The notes under the pieces were generated by a model. The model made no database searches, was not told the DNA's origin, and saw nothing but the letters and a program-made list of their open reading frames with translations. The position numbers and the translations under genes are program-made. DNA of 64,000 bases from Chiloscyllium plagiosum (lineage: Eukaryota), in NCBI RefSeq assembly GCF_004010195.1, contig NC_057718.1:50174450-50238449 (forward strand), given 5' to 3'. This document shows positions 39,569 through 52,559 of the stretch, piece after piece; position 1 is the stretch's first letter; each line of letters begins with the position of its first letter.

Positions 39569-40180
39569 TGTTATGGACTAGGCCAGACCACTCAAAATAT
39601 TCTTAAGCAGGCAGCCCCAGAGCATAACATTGCAATTTGTTTCAGTATGTGTACAGTGAAAGTTACCTGGAGTAAGTTAGCTAGGTTGATTACTAGATTT
39701 TAAAACAGACAAAAAATTATTCACAAACTTACACAATGAAATACAAAGAACAGAATAAAGAACCCCTACAGAACTCAGTCTATCCAAACTGGACTTAATT
39801 ATGCTTTTCCGAATATACACAACAGTTCCAATAATCAAACTCCCTTTAAAACCAATATAAATGGAACTCATGAGAGACAGTTTCCACGCAGCTCACTGTT
39901 GAATTTCCAACCAGTTCAAGACTGAACTAAACTGCTCAGCTCAGCTAGCTTGAGAGCTGACCACTCCTCTTTCATTATACAGGTCACTTCTAAAGCATGA
40001 CCACTTTGGCCTGAAGTCTCATCTGTTAACATATAAACAAAAGGCCTCTCAAAATCTCTGTACCATTCCAGACTGATCAGAGTCCGGACCAGTTTATTAC
40101 TCCTCTGAAAAAAATCAAGGTCAGAATATCCTTGAGCCAAGGAACAGCTTTCAGGAAAAAAAGGAACTAGCTTTGTGACA
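39569..40180 (-). repeat. 5' LTR of the Gmr1-like element
   Basis: TG...CA ends; direct repeat of 33709-34335. Confidence 0.9.
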
Positions 40181-43100
40181 GACTTCAAAAGCATCTTATT
40201 CTTTGGCAATGACTGATGTCCTCATTTCATACCCAAGCCATTCCCCAAATTGCCTGGATAGGTCTCTTTTTAGATCCTCAATCAGCCCCAGTCCTTTTTT
40301 TTTTAGCAGTCATTTCGTATTTATACACCTATAGAAGACCTTGGATTTAATTTTATGTTAGCTGTAAATCTTTCTTTCATATTTACTGTACTGTCCTTAG
40401 TTGTTTTTATCATTTAACCTCAAAATCTTCTATATTTGGTTTGATTATCAATGGTATCCATTTGACATTTGTCTTAAGCACATTTCTCCTTTTCTATCTT
40501 AATCTATATCTCTTTCACCATCCAAGGAGCCCTTAGTTTGTTTGCCCCATCTTCCCATTTTGTGGAAAAATATCTTGGCTGAGTCCAAACTATCCCCTGT
40601 TAAAAATCAGCCCATTGTTTAATTTCTAAAACTTTGAGTCCAAATTTTCTGTCCCAGCTCCATTCTTTTCCCAGTCCAATTAGATTTTCCCCAGTCCAAT
40701 TACTCTTGCTCTGAATTTTTGATTCATTTTGCATTTATAAATAAAGATTTAACAACCTTTGAAGTCCATGTGAGATATCAGATTGAAGAGTAAAATATTG
40801 TCTTCCTTTATCGTGGAAGCATTCTATTTATCCTAATGAGGTCTAATAATTACTGGAATACTGTTCCTAAGTTCTTCTGGGATCATTACTTTCTTATATT
40901 TCAAGTATCTCAGCAAATAGCCTTGAAGAATACCAAAGTCCCACAACACACTTTTCCTCATATTCCACAAATATCCACTTTTTTTCTCCCCTACAGTCCA
41001 AAAGCTTAATTAATAGGCCTCTGGACCAGTTTAGTGAGCAAACAACCTCATTTTTAACCATTTCATAATTTGAAGATTGCTTTTCCAAAAGACTTAAAAA
41101 AACTTTAATTGTATTATACACCGAGACACTTGTAAAATCATAATCCATGACTCCTTGGGCCTTTGTAACTATGTAGCATACATCTCAAATGAGGGAAAAT
41201 AGCTTTCAAGCTATTCTTCAGTAAATTTAGTCACTTGCCAAATCACAACTTGGAACTGAGTTCAAATAACCTTCCAAACCATCAGATCTTTCTTCATTGT
41301 AGAAATAAAGCATTTCATTTCACAAGGCCAACTATCTCTCTTCCCTTTCAATTTGAGGTTGTAATTTAAGCTTTATTTTTAAGTTCCATTTGTTGACTTC
41401 CTTCCTCCTTCTATCTTTTTTTTCTATTATAAGCTGCTTTCTTATCAACTGACCCCAACCACTTCAATCTCTGCTAGCCCTGGATCAGCCTTCTATTTTA
41501 TCAATTCCAAATTCTGCACTATGGCTTGCTTTCTCACCCCGTGATTTTACCCATAAATTCACTTCTCCTAATAATTCTATTCAGCTAATCCTGCTTAGTT
41601 GTTACAAATAAAACAGGGGGAAGACTTCTTTCTTCACAGACATTTCAACAACTGATAAAGCATTCTGCTGTTCACCTCATCTCATAAAATTCAGCTTTTA
41701 TTCATGTTACCTTAACTTCAGTCATTATCCTTGCACAAATCTCATGATCTGTGAGTTTATAATTCTGCCACAGCATCCAGCTGTTATGATTTCAGCTATA
41801 ACTAATAGCATGCTCAATTTTTTCTGGAATCTGAAGATCCAGATATTTACTAAAATCCAGATGTTTATTAAAATAATAAGAGTACACGTTCATGGTTTGA
41901 AAAAAAAGAATTTTAAAAATTGCCTACGAATAGCTATTTTCTTTCTTAAATAGTCACTTAGGTTAAAGATTTTAAAAGCACAATGAATGGAATTATTTAT
42001 AATCTAAACCAAACATATTATTTCCAGCCATTTGGCTTACATTCCTAATAATTCCAAGACATATATCTATCAGAAATTAGAAAAATAATCATTTAAGCAC
42101 TGTTTCAAATATTTGTAAAATGGTGATGATTACTTAGCTCACTTACTGATGAGTAAGATTGTTCCTTCAAACCTCGATGTGCCCCATAGCTATAGATTCC
42201 ATATTCACTACAAGTGTTGATAAAGTCTGAATCGTAGACATGTTCAGTAAAAATTACTTTGACTGTAATATTCTTTTACAATGAAGATTTGCAGCTAAAA
42301 TTCTTTATCACTCTCTTCCCAGCTTGGCTATGTAGAAGTTCAACTCACTGTCAGAAGTCCTTCAGTTAACAAAAGTTTAATTGTTTTAGCCAATGCATAG
42401 AAATTCAACTAAATCCAGCTAAAAATAAATGTTTCTTGCAGCAAGATCATTCTAATAGCTAAAACCCTGCTTGAAACAAAATCACATATACATCTACTCA
42501 TTCATGTTATTAATTTTGTGCAGTTAATCTCCTATGCAATTTGATCACCTGGTGAGTGACTGGCATCAAGGGCTTTATTAGAAATCATCTCTGAGAGGAA
42601 AACAAATGGTTTTTATTGGGACCATCGTCACAACATAAAATATGTTTATTTTCCCCTCCCCCTAAATCATATAAGCCATTACAGTAATAAGGAACAATTC
42701 CTGCAGATTTTAAATAAGATTTTTGGAACTGGATTGGCATACTTTGAAGAAAGATTCAAAGAGGTACTGAAGGTGTCTGAAAGAGATCCAGTGACAATCC
42801 ATCACATTGGATCACACAACATAAGGATAAATAAGAAGATCACTCTCAAAAAAGCATAGTCGTTGGCATTCAAAGTTTCAGTACAAAGAAATAACCCTCT
42901 GCATTTCAAAATTTGTGCAAAAGGCCTAAGGCTTATTTTTAATATATAAAGATTTTTAAAAATTGGCTAAGATCAGTAACACAACAGTTCTCTGAGGTTG
43001 ATAACGTATGCTCATTCCTGCTTTGAGATATATTTTGATTCATGCTGGTTAAGAGTAGTGTTGGTTCATGGTGAGGAAAGGAGCATTAACTAGGAACCAG

Positions 43101-43322
43101 TTACCATCTGTCCTTGCGGATGGTTAAAATGACTTATAAAACGCAGAAATAATTTCAATTCTCAGCCACAGGAAAATCAACTTCTTATAAATGTTGCTTC
43201 CTGTTGCATTTATACAGAACCATTCACAACCTCAGAAGGTATCAAAGCACTTTATAGGCAATTGAGACTATGAGAAACATAGAGACGGTATGCTGCACAA
43301 AATGTTAACAAATGTAAATGTG

Positions 43323-43762
43323 ACACGGTGGCTCACAGCACCAGGGAACCGGATTCGATTCCAGCCTCAGGCAACTGTCTGTGTGGAGTTTGCACTTTCT
43401 CCCTGTGTCTGTGTGGATTTCCTCCAGATGCTCCGGTTTCCTCACACAATACAAAGATGTGCAGGTTAGGTGAATTGCCCATAGTGTTCAGGGATATGTA
43501 AGTTAGGTGCAAGAGTTGGGGTAAATGTAGAGGAATGGGTTTGGGTGGGATACTCTTCAGAGGATCGGTGTGGGGTGAAGGGCCTGTTTCCATCTGTAGG
43601 GATTCTATAATTTTATGGTTGAAGTGAAGTCATTGTTGGGAAACTTGGCAGATGACTGCTGCACAATAAACTCAAATTGGGTGGGTTGCTCTTCGGAGGA
43701 TCGGTGTGGACTTGTTGGGCCGAAGGGCCTGTTTCCACACTGTGAGTAATCTAATCTAATCA
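43323..43762 (+). mobile_element. HE1-type SINE (43323-43606) plus a second 3' tail fragment (43678-43762)
   Basis: Same body as 37191-37507 with small deletions; taatctaatctaatc tail. Confidence 0.85.
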
Positions 43763-43883
43763 TGGCCAGTTTAGTGATACTGATTGGGGAGAGTGTGGGG
43801 CATGAGATAATCCCCTGCTCTTCTTCAAAATAAAGCATGGAATCTTTTACATTAACCTGACAGGGCAAATGCAGCTGAAAAGT

Positions 43884-44642
43884 TGTATTGATTATAATGA
43901 GGTCTGCCAGATAGATCTTTTGAATAAGAGTTCCCTGATTGAGGCTATTAACCTGGTCCAATCAGAGAATCCTGACTGACAGATATAAACAGGAGTGTCT
44001 TAGGTGGTAGTGTGGGGGTTAAAAGAAAAAAAATATAAAAAAAAAATAAAAAAATAAACAGGAGTAGTGGAGTGCATCATTTCTCCCTCCAATTCTATTT
44101 TGATTTAGTCCCTACCCTCCCCCTCACTGTTTTTGATCACACAGCAAAAAAAAAAATTAACAAGGAATTCACTGTCTTGTCATATGTGGAACTGGGATTT
44201 GAGGTTCGTCCTCCTCTCCCTGTAAAATGGTTGAACGGTAGGGTTCGGGGCCTAGCTTTGCTGCTCCTCTCCCTTGTAAAATTGCTGTCTCTTGTGTACA
44301 GCTGTTAATGTTTTTTTGTAAACTGTTTTGTAATTTGTTTAATAAAAAAAAAATTAACAGGGGAATAGTGGAGTGTATTATTTCCCCCACCAACTCTATT
44401 TTGATTTAGTCCCTACCCTCCCCCTCACTGTTTTTGATCACACAGCACTGCCCTTTGATGTGAAGGGCAGTGTTTGTCACTGGCCACCCGGGTGTGAGAA
44501 AAAAATAAATAAATAAATAGGAGTGTCAGAGGCTCTGTTCACTCTGAGAGCTGACTCTGAGGGAACTGGATCAGTGTCAAGTATAATGCATGTTTAAATA
44601 AAGGGTAACTTAGTGATGGGATGCCAGCCTCTGTGGACTTAG
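43884..44642 (+). mobile_element. Short solo LTR (about 240 bp) interrupted at its TATA-like site
   Basis: 43884-43999 plus 44528-44642 match the reverse complement of 59041-59278. Confidence 0.85.
44000..44513 (+). mobile_element. Four stacked poly(A)-tailed retro-inserts, two resembling L1/Tx1-type 3' ends
   Basis: Units at about 44000-44054, 44061-44157, 44170-44353 and 44360-44513, each ending in an A-run. Units 2 and 4 share the ORF end VECIISP(S/T)NSILI*. Confidence 0.7.
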
Positions 44643-46189
44643 GGGTGCTCAGCTTAATGACTTTTCTGAAAGATAGTGGTTTTGACAATGTAACTCACGG
44701 AGTGTCACACTGCACTATTTCAGCATGGGCTGATATCCGTGTTAGAACAATATACAGGTCTTCAAGTAAGTTAGTCAAAACCCACATCAGGGTATTGCCC
44801 ATCAATTTCACAACTTATTCAACAGAATATGCATTTTAAAATGAAAATAAGGAACAACAAGTAGAATCGCTGCATCTGAAGCTGAATATTAGAAATCACA
44901 CCTTTCAAACAATGCAACAACAACCTCTTAAATGTTTCAGTATCTCAGTGATGCTCAGAATTTCTACCTCACCAACTTTCCTCATCTAAATCTAGCACTG
45001 TGCCCCTCTATTCCCTCCCCAGTCATATCAATACCTAGCTTATTCATAAATGCATCCACACTATTCACTTCACCCTCTTTGGTAATAATGTTTTCTTTTG
45101 AATTCCCTAACCCTATTGCATCCAATTATTTAATATTGATGGCCTGCATCTATACTCTTCCTCACAAGGGAAACATTCTTTCAATATCCACTTTCCTAAA
45201 TTCTTTCAGTATTTAAGACACATCTATTATGTCACCTCTCAGCTTTACTTTTTCAAGAGAAACAGACTCATCCGGTATGTCTTTTTTTTGATACATTTGT
45301 GCACACACTTTTCATATCATTCCTGTAAGGCTGCATTCATTTTATAAAATGGTGACCAGAAATTGCACACAATATTCTAAGTGTGGTCTAATCAAAGCTC
45401 GATGTAGTTTGGCTTACTTTCCAATTCAATTAAGCCGACAAGGTCTCAGGGCTCGGCTTGCTTTTTTGTGGCCTTGCTAAGCTGAGACAAACGTTTTAGT
45501 ATCATTAATATTAAAATCAATGTTACAATGTTTGGCCAATTCTGAAGATCTATATCTCAGGCATTGTGGAAAGTATCATGCTGTATATATCAAAGCATGT
45601 CATCCATTATCACAGTCTCAAGCAGTGTATTTATTGATAACATTCAAGAAAAATCATTATAGTATTTGTCTTCAGGTCATAAGTACCAAGCTCTATATGT
45701 ACAAACACAAAATCTGTTTGCAATCTTGTGCTTATAAACGTTCACAAACATTGCTGTGTGTAGTGTTAGTTGGTTAGAGGTGGGAATTTCTCCCTCCAGA
45801 GAAAGTCCCATCTCAGCATCCGACTGGGCAATAAATAGTTAAAGGCGAAAGGGAATGACTAAGGGGCATGCAAACAGTGTTTCCCTACCCACTACCACAA
45901 CTTGCTCCATACCAACCCAGGAAGCTAAAGTTGCTGGGATTTCCAACTGATATGGATCTCCCCTTGCTGCAGTGGGTTGAGGTCCTTATCTGAGAATTTA
46001 TTGCTCACCAGCTTCAAAAGGCCCAATGGTGGGTGGGCTGCTGAACAGTTCTCCTATCCCCCACTGATTTGCTGTGATGTAGTTAGCAGGTGTAAATGTT
46101 CCTCACCTTCAAAGCCACCAGTGGATAGACATGTAATACATCACAGAGTTTCAAAGCATTTCATCAGTACAGGCTAGAATACAAACTAG

Positions 46190-46397
46190 GAGAAGTGAGG
46201 GCTGCAGATGCTGGAGATCAGAGCTGAAAATGTGTTGCTGGAAAAGCGCAGCAGGTCAGGCAGCATCCAAGGAACAGGAGAATCGACGTTTCGGACATAA
46301 GCCGATTCCTGAAGAAGGGCTTATGCCCGAAACGTCGATTCTCCCTGTTCCTTGGATGCTGCCTGACCTGCTGCGTTTTTCCAGCAACACATTTTCA
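46190..46397. mobile_element. Young Penelope-derived fold-back insert (family A) with an intact hammerhead core
   Basis: CTGAAGA-a-gggcttatgccc-GAAA-cgtc at 46309-46336. Exact 17-bp duplication gctagaatacaaactag (46173, 46398). Confidence 0.9.
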
Positions 46398-46469
46398 GCT
46401 AGAATACAAACTAGAATGGACCTGGTAAGGCACAGTCAATGGGAGATTTTTACCCTAATATTTTTTATG

Positions 46470-47660
46470 CACTTGTGAGAAGTGGGCACTGCTATCACGG
46501 CGAGAGCTTTTTGCCTATCCCTAGTTGCTCTTGAGAAGATGGTGGTAAGCTTCCTTTGTGATCCCCTGCATCAATGTCTGCTGTAGGTACATCCACAATG
46601 CCACGAGGAAAGGAATTCCAGGATTTTGATGCAAAGACACTGAAGGAATAGCAATGTATGTACAAACCAGGGTGGTGCGTCTTGTAGGGAAATTGCAGGT
46701 AGTGCTCTTCCCACGTATCTGCTTCTTCAAGATGGAAGTGATCATGGGATTGAAGACTGCTGTCCAAGAAGCCTTAGTGAATTTCTGCAGTGAATTTTGT
46801 AGATGGATCACACTGCTGCTACAGAACATTGGTGGTGGAGTGAATGTGGATATGATGCCATTCAATCAGTCTACTTTCTCCTGGATGGTATCAAGATTCT
46901 TAAATGTTTTTGCAGCTGCACCCATCCAGGTAAGTGGAGTGTATTTCATTACACTCCTGACTTGTGCAGTGTAGATGGTGGACAGGTTTTGGAACATGAG
47001 GATGTGAGTTCAGTCAGATGTGGCCTTGATGTCAAGGGCTGTCCCTCTCAGCTCCCCTCTGGAATCCAGCTCTTTTGCCTATGTTTGAACGAAGGCTGTA
47101 ATGAGGTCAGGAGCTGAGTAGCCCTGGCAGACCCAAACTAGATGTCATTGAGCAGGTTATTACTGAGCAGGTGCTGCTTTATAGTACCATTAATATCCTA
47201 CATCAGATTGTAAGGTTGCTCGCTAAGCTGCTCAGTGAGCAAACTTACAACTTGATTCCCAGATCTTCTCCAAAATCGCAAATCTTCCATCATTTTACTG
47301 ATGATCGAGGGTAGACTGAGAGGAAGGTGATTGGCTGGATTAGATTTGCCCTGCTTTTTTTTTCTGTACTGGATATACCTGGAAAACTTCCAGATTGTTA
47401 AGTAGATGGAAGTGTTACACCTGTACTGGGTCACCTTGGCTGGGGCTAGAGCAAGTTCTGGAGGACAAGCCTTCAGTGCTGTTGTCAAAATCTGGTCAGG
47501 GCCCATAGCTTTTCCCGTATCTATTGCCTCCAACATTCACATGCAGTTCACATGATCCGAATTAGCTGAAGACTTGCACCTGTGATGCTCGGGACCTCTG
47601 GAGGAGGCTGGGATATATTATGTATTTGGTACTTTTTGCTAAAGTTGGCAGCAAATGTTT
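46470..47660 (-). mobile_element. Old LINE fragment (same family as 13960-14522)
   Basis: ORF 47198-47536(-) KAMGPDQILTTALK...NPANHLPLSLPSIISKMME; shared 3' tail. Confidence 0.75.
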
Positions 47661-48284
47661 CAACCTTATCTTTTGCTCTTGTCAATCTATAGGATGGTGG
47701 GCAGCAATGGACTTACACTGTGGCTTGTGTTACCACTCATGGATCCTATCAGTTTCCTCAGAGGGAGATTACATAAAAATTCTGTCAGACTTTTGTATTT
47801 GTTCAATTTGAGTTTTTAAGGTATTTGTGTAAACTTTAAGAAATTTGAAAGAAATTACTGTAACAAACTATTTAAAAATAAATAAACATAGATAAGTGAC
47901 ATTTTGTAAATAAGAACATTTCCTCAGTTTACTTTACAATCAGAACCATTCATTTGAACTATAGACCTACATGGATGAGCAAGATTTAACCAACATTCTT
48001 CAGGCAAATGTGAACCAGACAACAAAAGGAAAGTCAGTCTATTTGCTTGGATTTTGTCTCCTCTTTTTGCATTGCAATCAGTCAACCTCAGTGCTGCTGG
48101 CACAAGGGATTGCTGAACTTTATACATGAATTGAAGTCTGCACAGCCCTTTGTTGCCTTAGCTTTTAAAGTTTTTGTGCTGAAAGCAGGGCTTGTCCACA
48201 GAAATTGGTTACGCTCCTAGGTCAAATGGATCATAACTGGTACTGCCTGATAACTGTACTTGTTTGCAGGCCATTGAGAAGAGT

Positions 48285-48500
48285 ATAAAATCCATCTGGC
48301 TCATTAATATTCTTTGGGGAAGGAAAACTGACATTTTACCTGGTATGGCCTATATGTAACCCCAGACTCCATGATACAGTTATCTTTTTACTGTCCTTAG
48401 AAATTGTCTTGCAGGCCAATTAGTTCAAGGGCAATTAGGAATAGACAGTAAATGCAGGCCTTGCCAGAGATGCCCACATTCCATGAAAGAATGAAGAAAA
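48285..48500 (+). mobile_element. Old SINE 3' part sharing its tail with the 13960/46470 LINE family
   Basis: gggcaattagg...gccagagatgcccacattccatgaaagaat tail on a non-coding body. Confidence 0.55.
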
Positions 48501-49369
48501 CAAATGAATAGGTGCAATCTCTTGTGTGCAAGGACACAAGTAAGCATATTTTAAAAACTTTACTAAGAATATTTACTAAGAATTTGTTAACTATATACTA
48601 GGAAATGGTTTGCTGCACCTTTTAAAGGTCATTTTAGATTATTTAAATGTGTGTTTATCACAGGTAATGAATTGATATTGTGCTTAAAATTAACGTTTAC
48701 TGTAACATTAATTTATTACTCAAACTGTGCAGTATCCATTTTTATACTCATCAAGGTATGTTATTTTAGGCAAATTATTTTCCTGAAAAATCACATTTCA
48801 CCCAAGTCAGAAACTCCTCCCTAACCTCTCACAGCTGTTTATCATTTTGCTTGTGATGTTGTGAAATATTCAATTCACTTTTTGATCAATGTCAAAGTCG
48901 AGTATATTGTTTGCTAAGTGTCTCTGCCTATGATTCCAAATATTTCTATGTCGAAATAATTTTGAGCCTGTTTGGGAATCTTTAATAGATATGGTCAGGT
49001 TGGTTTTCAGTTAAAACAATGCCATTGCTACAACTTTGGAAACTTCCAAGATGTTCAGAAAAGTTAGTAAACATTACTTCAAAACAAAACTGTAGTGACG
49101 GTATGTATCATTCATGAAGAAAAAAAAACTGTTTTTTGGATTGCTTCTGTTATAAGAGAGTCAAATAGTTGAATCATTTAATAAATGAATGGGTACTTTT
49201 CAACAGATTCCAGATTATATTTGATCATCTGAAGCTTACTTCCTCTGTATCCTTTCTGCATATTCTCAAAGAAACAAAATCCATGCGTGGTTCATCATTG
49301 TAAATTTTCTCTTCATATTTCCTTGTAAAATCTAGTTGTAGTAACTTTTAAAAAAAATGACAATCTTAT

Positions 49370-49810
49370 TTTTTCTCTGGAGCATAGGAGGTTGACGGCT
49401 GAAGTTACTGAGGTTTTATAGCATTATGTGGGACATACATAAGATGAATGACAAAGGTCTTTTCCTGAAGGCGTGGAAGTTTAAAACTAGGGGGCATATA
49501 TTTAAAGTGAGAGGAGAATGATTTAAAAAGGACATGAGGGGCAAATTTCTTTTACACAGAGAGTGGTTTGCATGTAGAATAAGCTGCCAGAGAAAGTGGT
49601 AGATAGAGGCACAATCATAACGTTTTGAAGACATTTGGGTAAGTTCACAAATAGGAAAGATTTGGAGGGATATGTATTAAATGCAGCAATAAAGCTTAAA
49701 CGTAAATCTAAAATCTAAAAATGCAGGCAGATGGGGCCAGTTTGTTTTTGGTGGGCATGGACTGCTTGGACTGAAGAGTCTGTTTCCGTGCTGTCTGACC
49801 CTATGGCTTA
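49370..49810 (+). mobile_element. CR1 LINE 3' fragment
   Basis: aaaactagggggcatatatttaaagtgagagg...gactgaagagtctgtttccgtgctgt. Confidence 0.8.
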
Positions 49811-50806
49811 ATGGGAGAATGGCAGAGAACATTGGAACTCATGGGCAAAAAATGACTCATGGCAGTCGCATTAATGTGTGAGTATTATGCAAAAATGCTC
49901 GAGCAAAACATAAAATTCCATGATTTGGGGTTTGAAGTATACGCCATGTAAAAATGACACTCAAAAATACAAAACGACACATACAGGAGGAACACACATT
50001 TGTAGATACAGAAAACAGATTCTTCAATACACTGTAGAGTAAAATACAGCAAATTATCTTCTAAAACTAAACAAATATGACTGAAATTGTCATTGAATGT
50101 GAAAATTTAGACTTATTTAGAGAACTCAAAATCTGGAGGTTAGAATTTATTTTGATATTTTCTAATCAACCGGTTTAGAAATGTTATTACATATCTCTAG
50201 AGCAGGTAGGACCTGAATGTTATTCTCCTGGGTCAGAGGTAGGGACATCACCACTATGCCACAAAAGCCTGTTACAATTTATGTTATAACCGCAACAAAC
50301 GGCCTGCAACTGACATCATTCACTTGACAATGTAAGTTGCGGACCTGAAACTTACAAAGCAGATTCTATATGCTGTAGCCTATTTTGCTAAAACAACTGT
50401 TATCCACACACAAAAAAACTTGCTTATGCAAAGTCAAACATCAATCTGGCAAAAGGCAAATACCAGAGTCACCAAAATGGTTTAAGTCCAGAACTTCCAG
50501 TTTCCTTGCTCTTATTCTCACAATCTGTGCAGAGGTTAGACATGGATGTGTTGGTATTTTTTGTATATGGTCCTTATAAACCACATACAGCAACAGTTTC
50601 AGGGCTGATCCCCATTCTATACTGAACTAATTTCATCCAAGCAAATGGTACTACATGGGCCCTCAGCACACTGAGATTAGAAGGGAATAGTAGGCAGGAT
50701 ATATTCACTGCCTTGTGACTTGTGTAAAAAGGGGATTCAAGAAAAGGGATGGATGGAATGTGACTATGTTGTTATCAAAGGATGAATATTAGCAACTCAC
50801 AAGGTA

Positions 50807-50940
50807 CTGGATTAGTGGTGCTGGAAGAACACAGCAGTTCAGGCAGTATCCAAGGAGCTTCCTGAACTGCTGTGCTCTTCCAGCACCACTAATCCAGAAT
50901 CTGGTTTCCAGCATCTGCAGTCATTGTTTTTACCTCGTTG
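50807..50940. mobile_element. Penelope-derived fold-back insert (family C)
   Basis: ctggattagtggtgctggaagaacacagcagttcagg followed by its reverse complement. Exact duplication actcacaaggta (50795, 50941). Confidence 0.8.
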
Positions 50941-51729
50941 ACTCACAAGGTAGACAGTGGAACTTATACCATCAGCTTTTTGAACAGAAATTAAATATTT
51001 ATGAACAGCAGAGTAGAGGTTAATGAAAATCAAGATAAAGAGAACTGGAATGTCTTTAAGGCAGGAAGCACTTGAAACATAAAAACAAAGACAAAGAAAT
51101 CACTCACGATAAATAGTGGGAAGGTTGAAAGTTGCTTTATCATGTGATTTACATTATTACTGTCACCAGCACAATTAAATAACGGTCCTTAGTAACGCAG
51201 GCTTTGGGTGTCTATACGTGCTCCTTCTGAGGCTGTTTGCTCCTTATCTTTACAAAAAAAATTTCTACTCCTGACGTATTGTCACACTGCTTTATTTACA
51301 TCTCCACATTGCACAAGGGAACTGAATTTGATCACTTGCAATATACCCTTCTCTTTACATGCTTTTTCTTGTTTGATGCCTTCTCTCAATCCCTCTTACT
51401 GATTCTAGAGCCACGTCATCAGTTACATCATCACTCATTTGTATAATTATACTACCTCCCCCTTCAAAGTTTTTTTCTACTTGGTTTACATTATTTTTAT
51501 TCAACTTAAAAATTCTTTGTAATTATTTACATCACCATGAACAATATTATTATCACCTTCCATCTCAACATCCTAATTTCATTGGTCAAGGCTATCTAGA
51601 AATCAGACTAGAAATCCTGACTTGGTCATTTGATTTCAACATGGAGGTGATTATTCTGGAAGTGTTGTTTAACATGGTGCTCTACCTGATGTAGTTTAGG
51701 TACATCCATCCCATATCCCTATGATAATC

Positions 51730-52282
51730 ACACAGTTTTGGGCTGTATCTCAGGTAGGATGTACTGACCCTGGAATGTGTTCAGAGGAAGTTCACAAGAA
51801 TGGTTCCAGGAATGAAGAGCTTAACATATGACAAACATTTGCAGACTCTGGGTCTATACTCATTGGAGTTTAGAAGCATGAGGGGGGATCAAACTGAAAA
51901 TTACAGAATACTGAATGGCCTTGACAGAGTGGATGTTAGGAAGATGTTTCCATTGGTAGGAGAAACTCGTACTCCAGGGCACAGCCTTAGAGTAAAGGGA
52001 AGACCTTTTAGAATGGAGAAAAGGAGACATTTTTTCAGACCGAGAGTGGTAAATCTATGGAATTCATTGCCATAGAAGGCAATGGATGCTAGGTCATTGA
52101 GTATATTTAAGACAGAGATAGGTAGGTTCTTAATTGTCAAGGGGATCAAGGGTTATGGGGAGAAAGCGGGAGAATGGGGTTGAGACATTTATCAGCCATG
52201 ATTGAATAGCGAAGCAGACTTGATGGGCTGAATGGCCTAATTTCTGCTCTCATGTCTGATGGTCTTATGATCTTATGGTCTT
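51730..52282 (+). mobile_element. CR1 LINE 3' fragment
   Basis: ORF 51800-52075 LGLYSLEFR...GHSLRVKG...RVVNLWNSLP; (ggtcttat)n tail. Confidence 0.85.
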
Positions 52283-52559
52283 ACTCCTTGCCTTGAGAAA
52301 AATCATACATTCCTGTTTCTCCTGAATTTTCCTTTAGCCGCTCTAACAATATACGATTTTCATTTATTGGTTTCTCTGATGACGGTGGCTTCTACCTTCT
52401 TGCCCCTTAACCAAAATTTCTGATGTGACTTTTCGGTTGTCAACTCTATGTCGAGAGCTGTACCCCCTCTGCAATGCTGTTTCTCCATTTGTTCTACCTT
52501 CTTATGGTCTTCAGAGGTTATGTTTAGCTTGAGGTTCCAGACCAAAATGGGACATCCAT

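Larger units (their letters stand above)
33709..40180 (-). mobile_element. Full-length decayed Gmr1-like Ty3/Gypsy LTR retrotransposon (gag-PR-IN-RT-RH)
   Basis: Two LTRs of about 620 bp, TSD GACT (33705, 40181), PBS and PPT. SCAN-like gag, CFHCNKVGHTKSQC, LRDTG, integrase HHCC and core, then RT, then RNase H (IDASDVG). Confidence 0.93.
27900..41050 (-). mobile_element. Ancient CR1 LINE in three colinear pieces (about 27900-28458, 32669-33704, 40185-41050), host of nested insertions
   Basis: 3' end, RT (KFNAER*EVINFG, KSCSTPWVQFF) and endonuclease-like sequence continue in order across the ACTC- and GACT-flanked LTR insertions. Confidence 0.6.

Noticed and set aside
48745..48790. Minus-strand NNLPKITYL, an LRR-like fragment
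   Set aside because: No GT donor at the expected place and no 75-nt open exon.
50470..50525. Minus-strand RKLEVLDL between AG and GT
   Set aside because: About 50 nt, incompatible phase and weak donor; likely chance.
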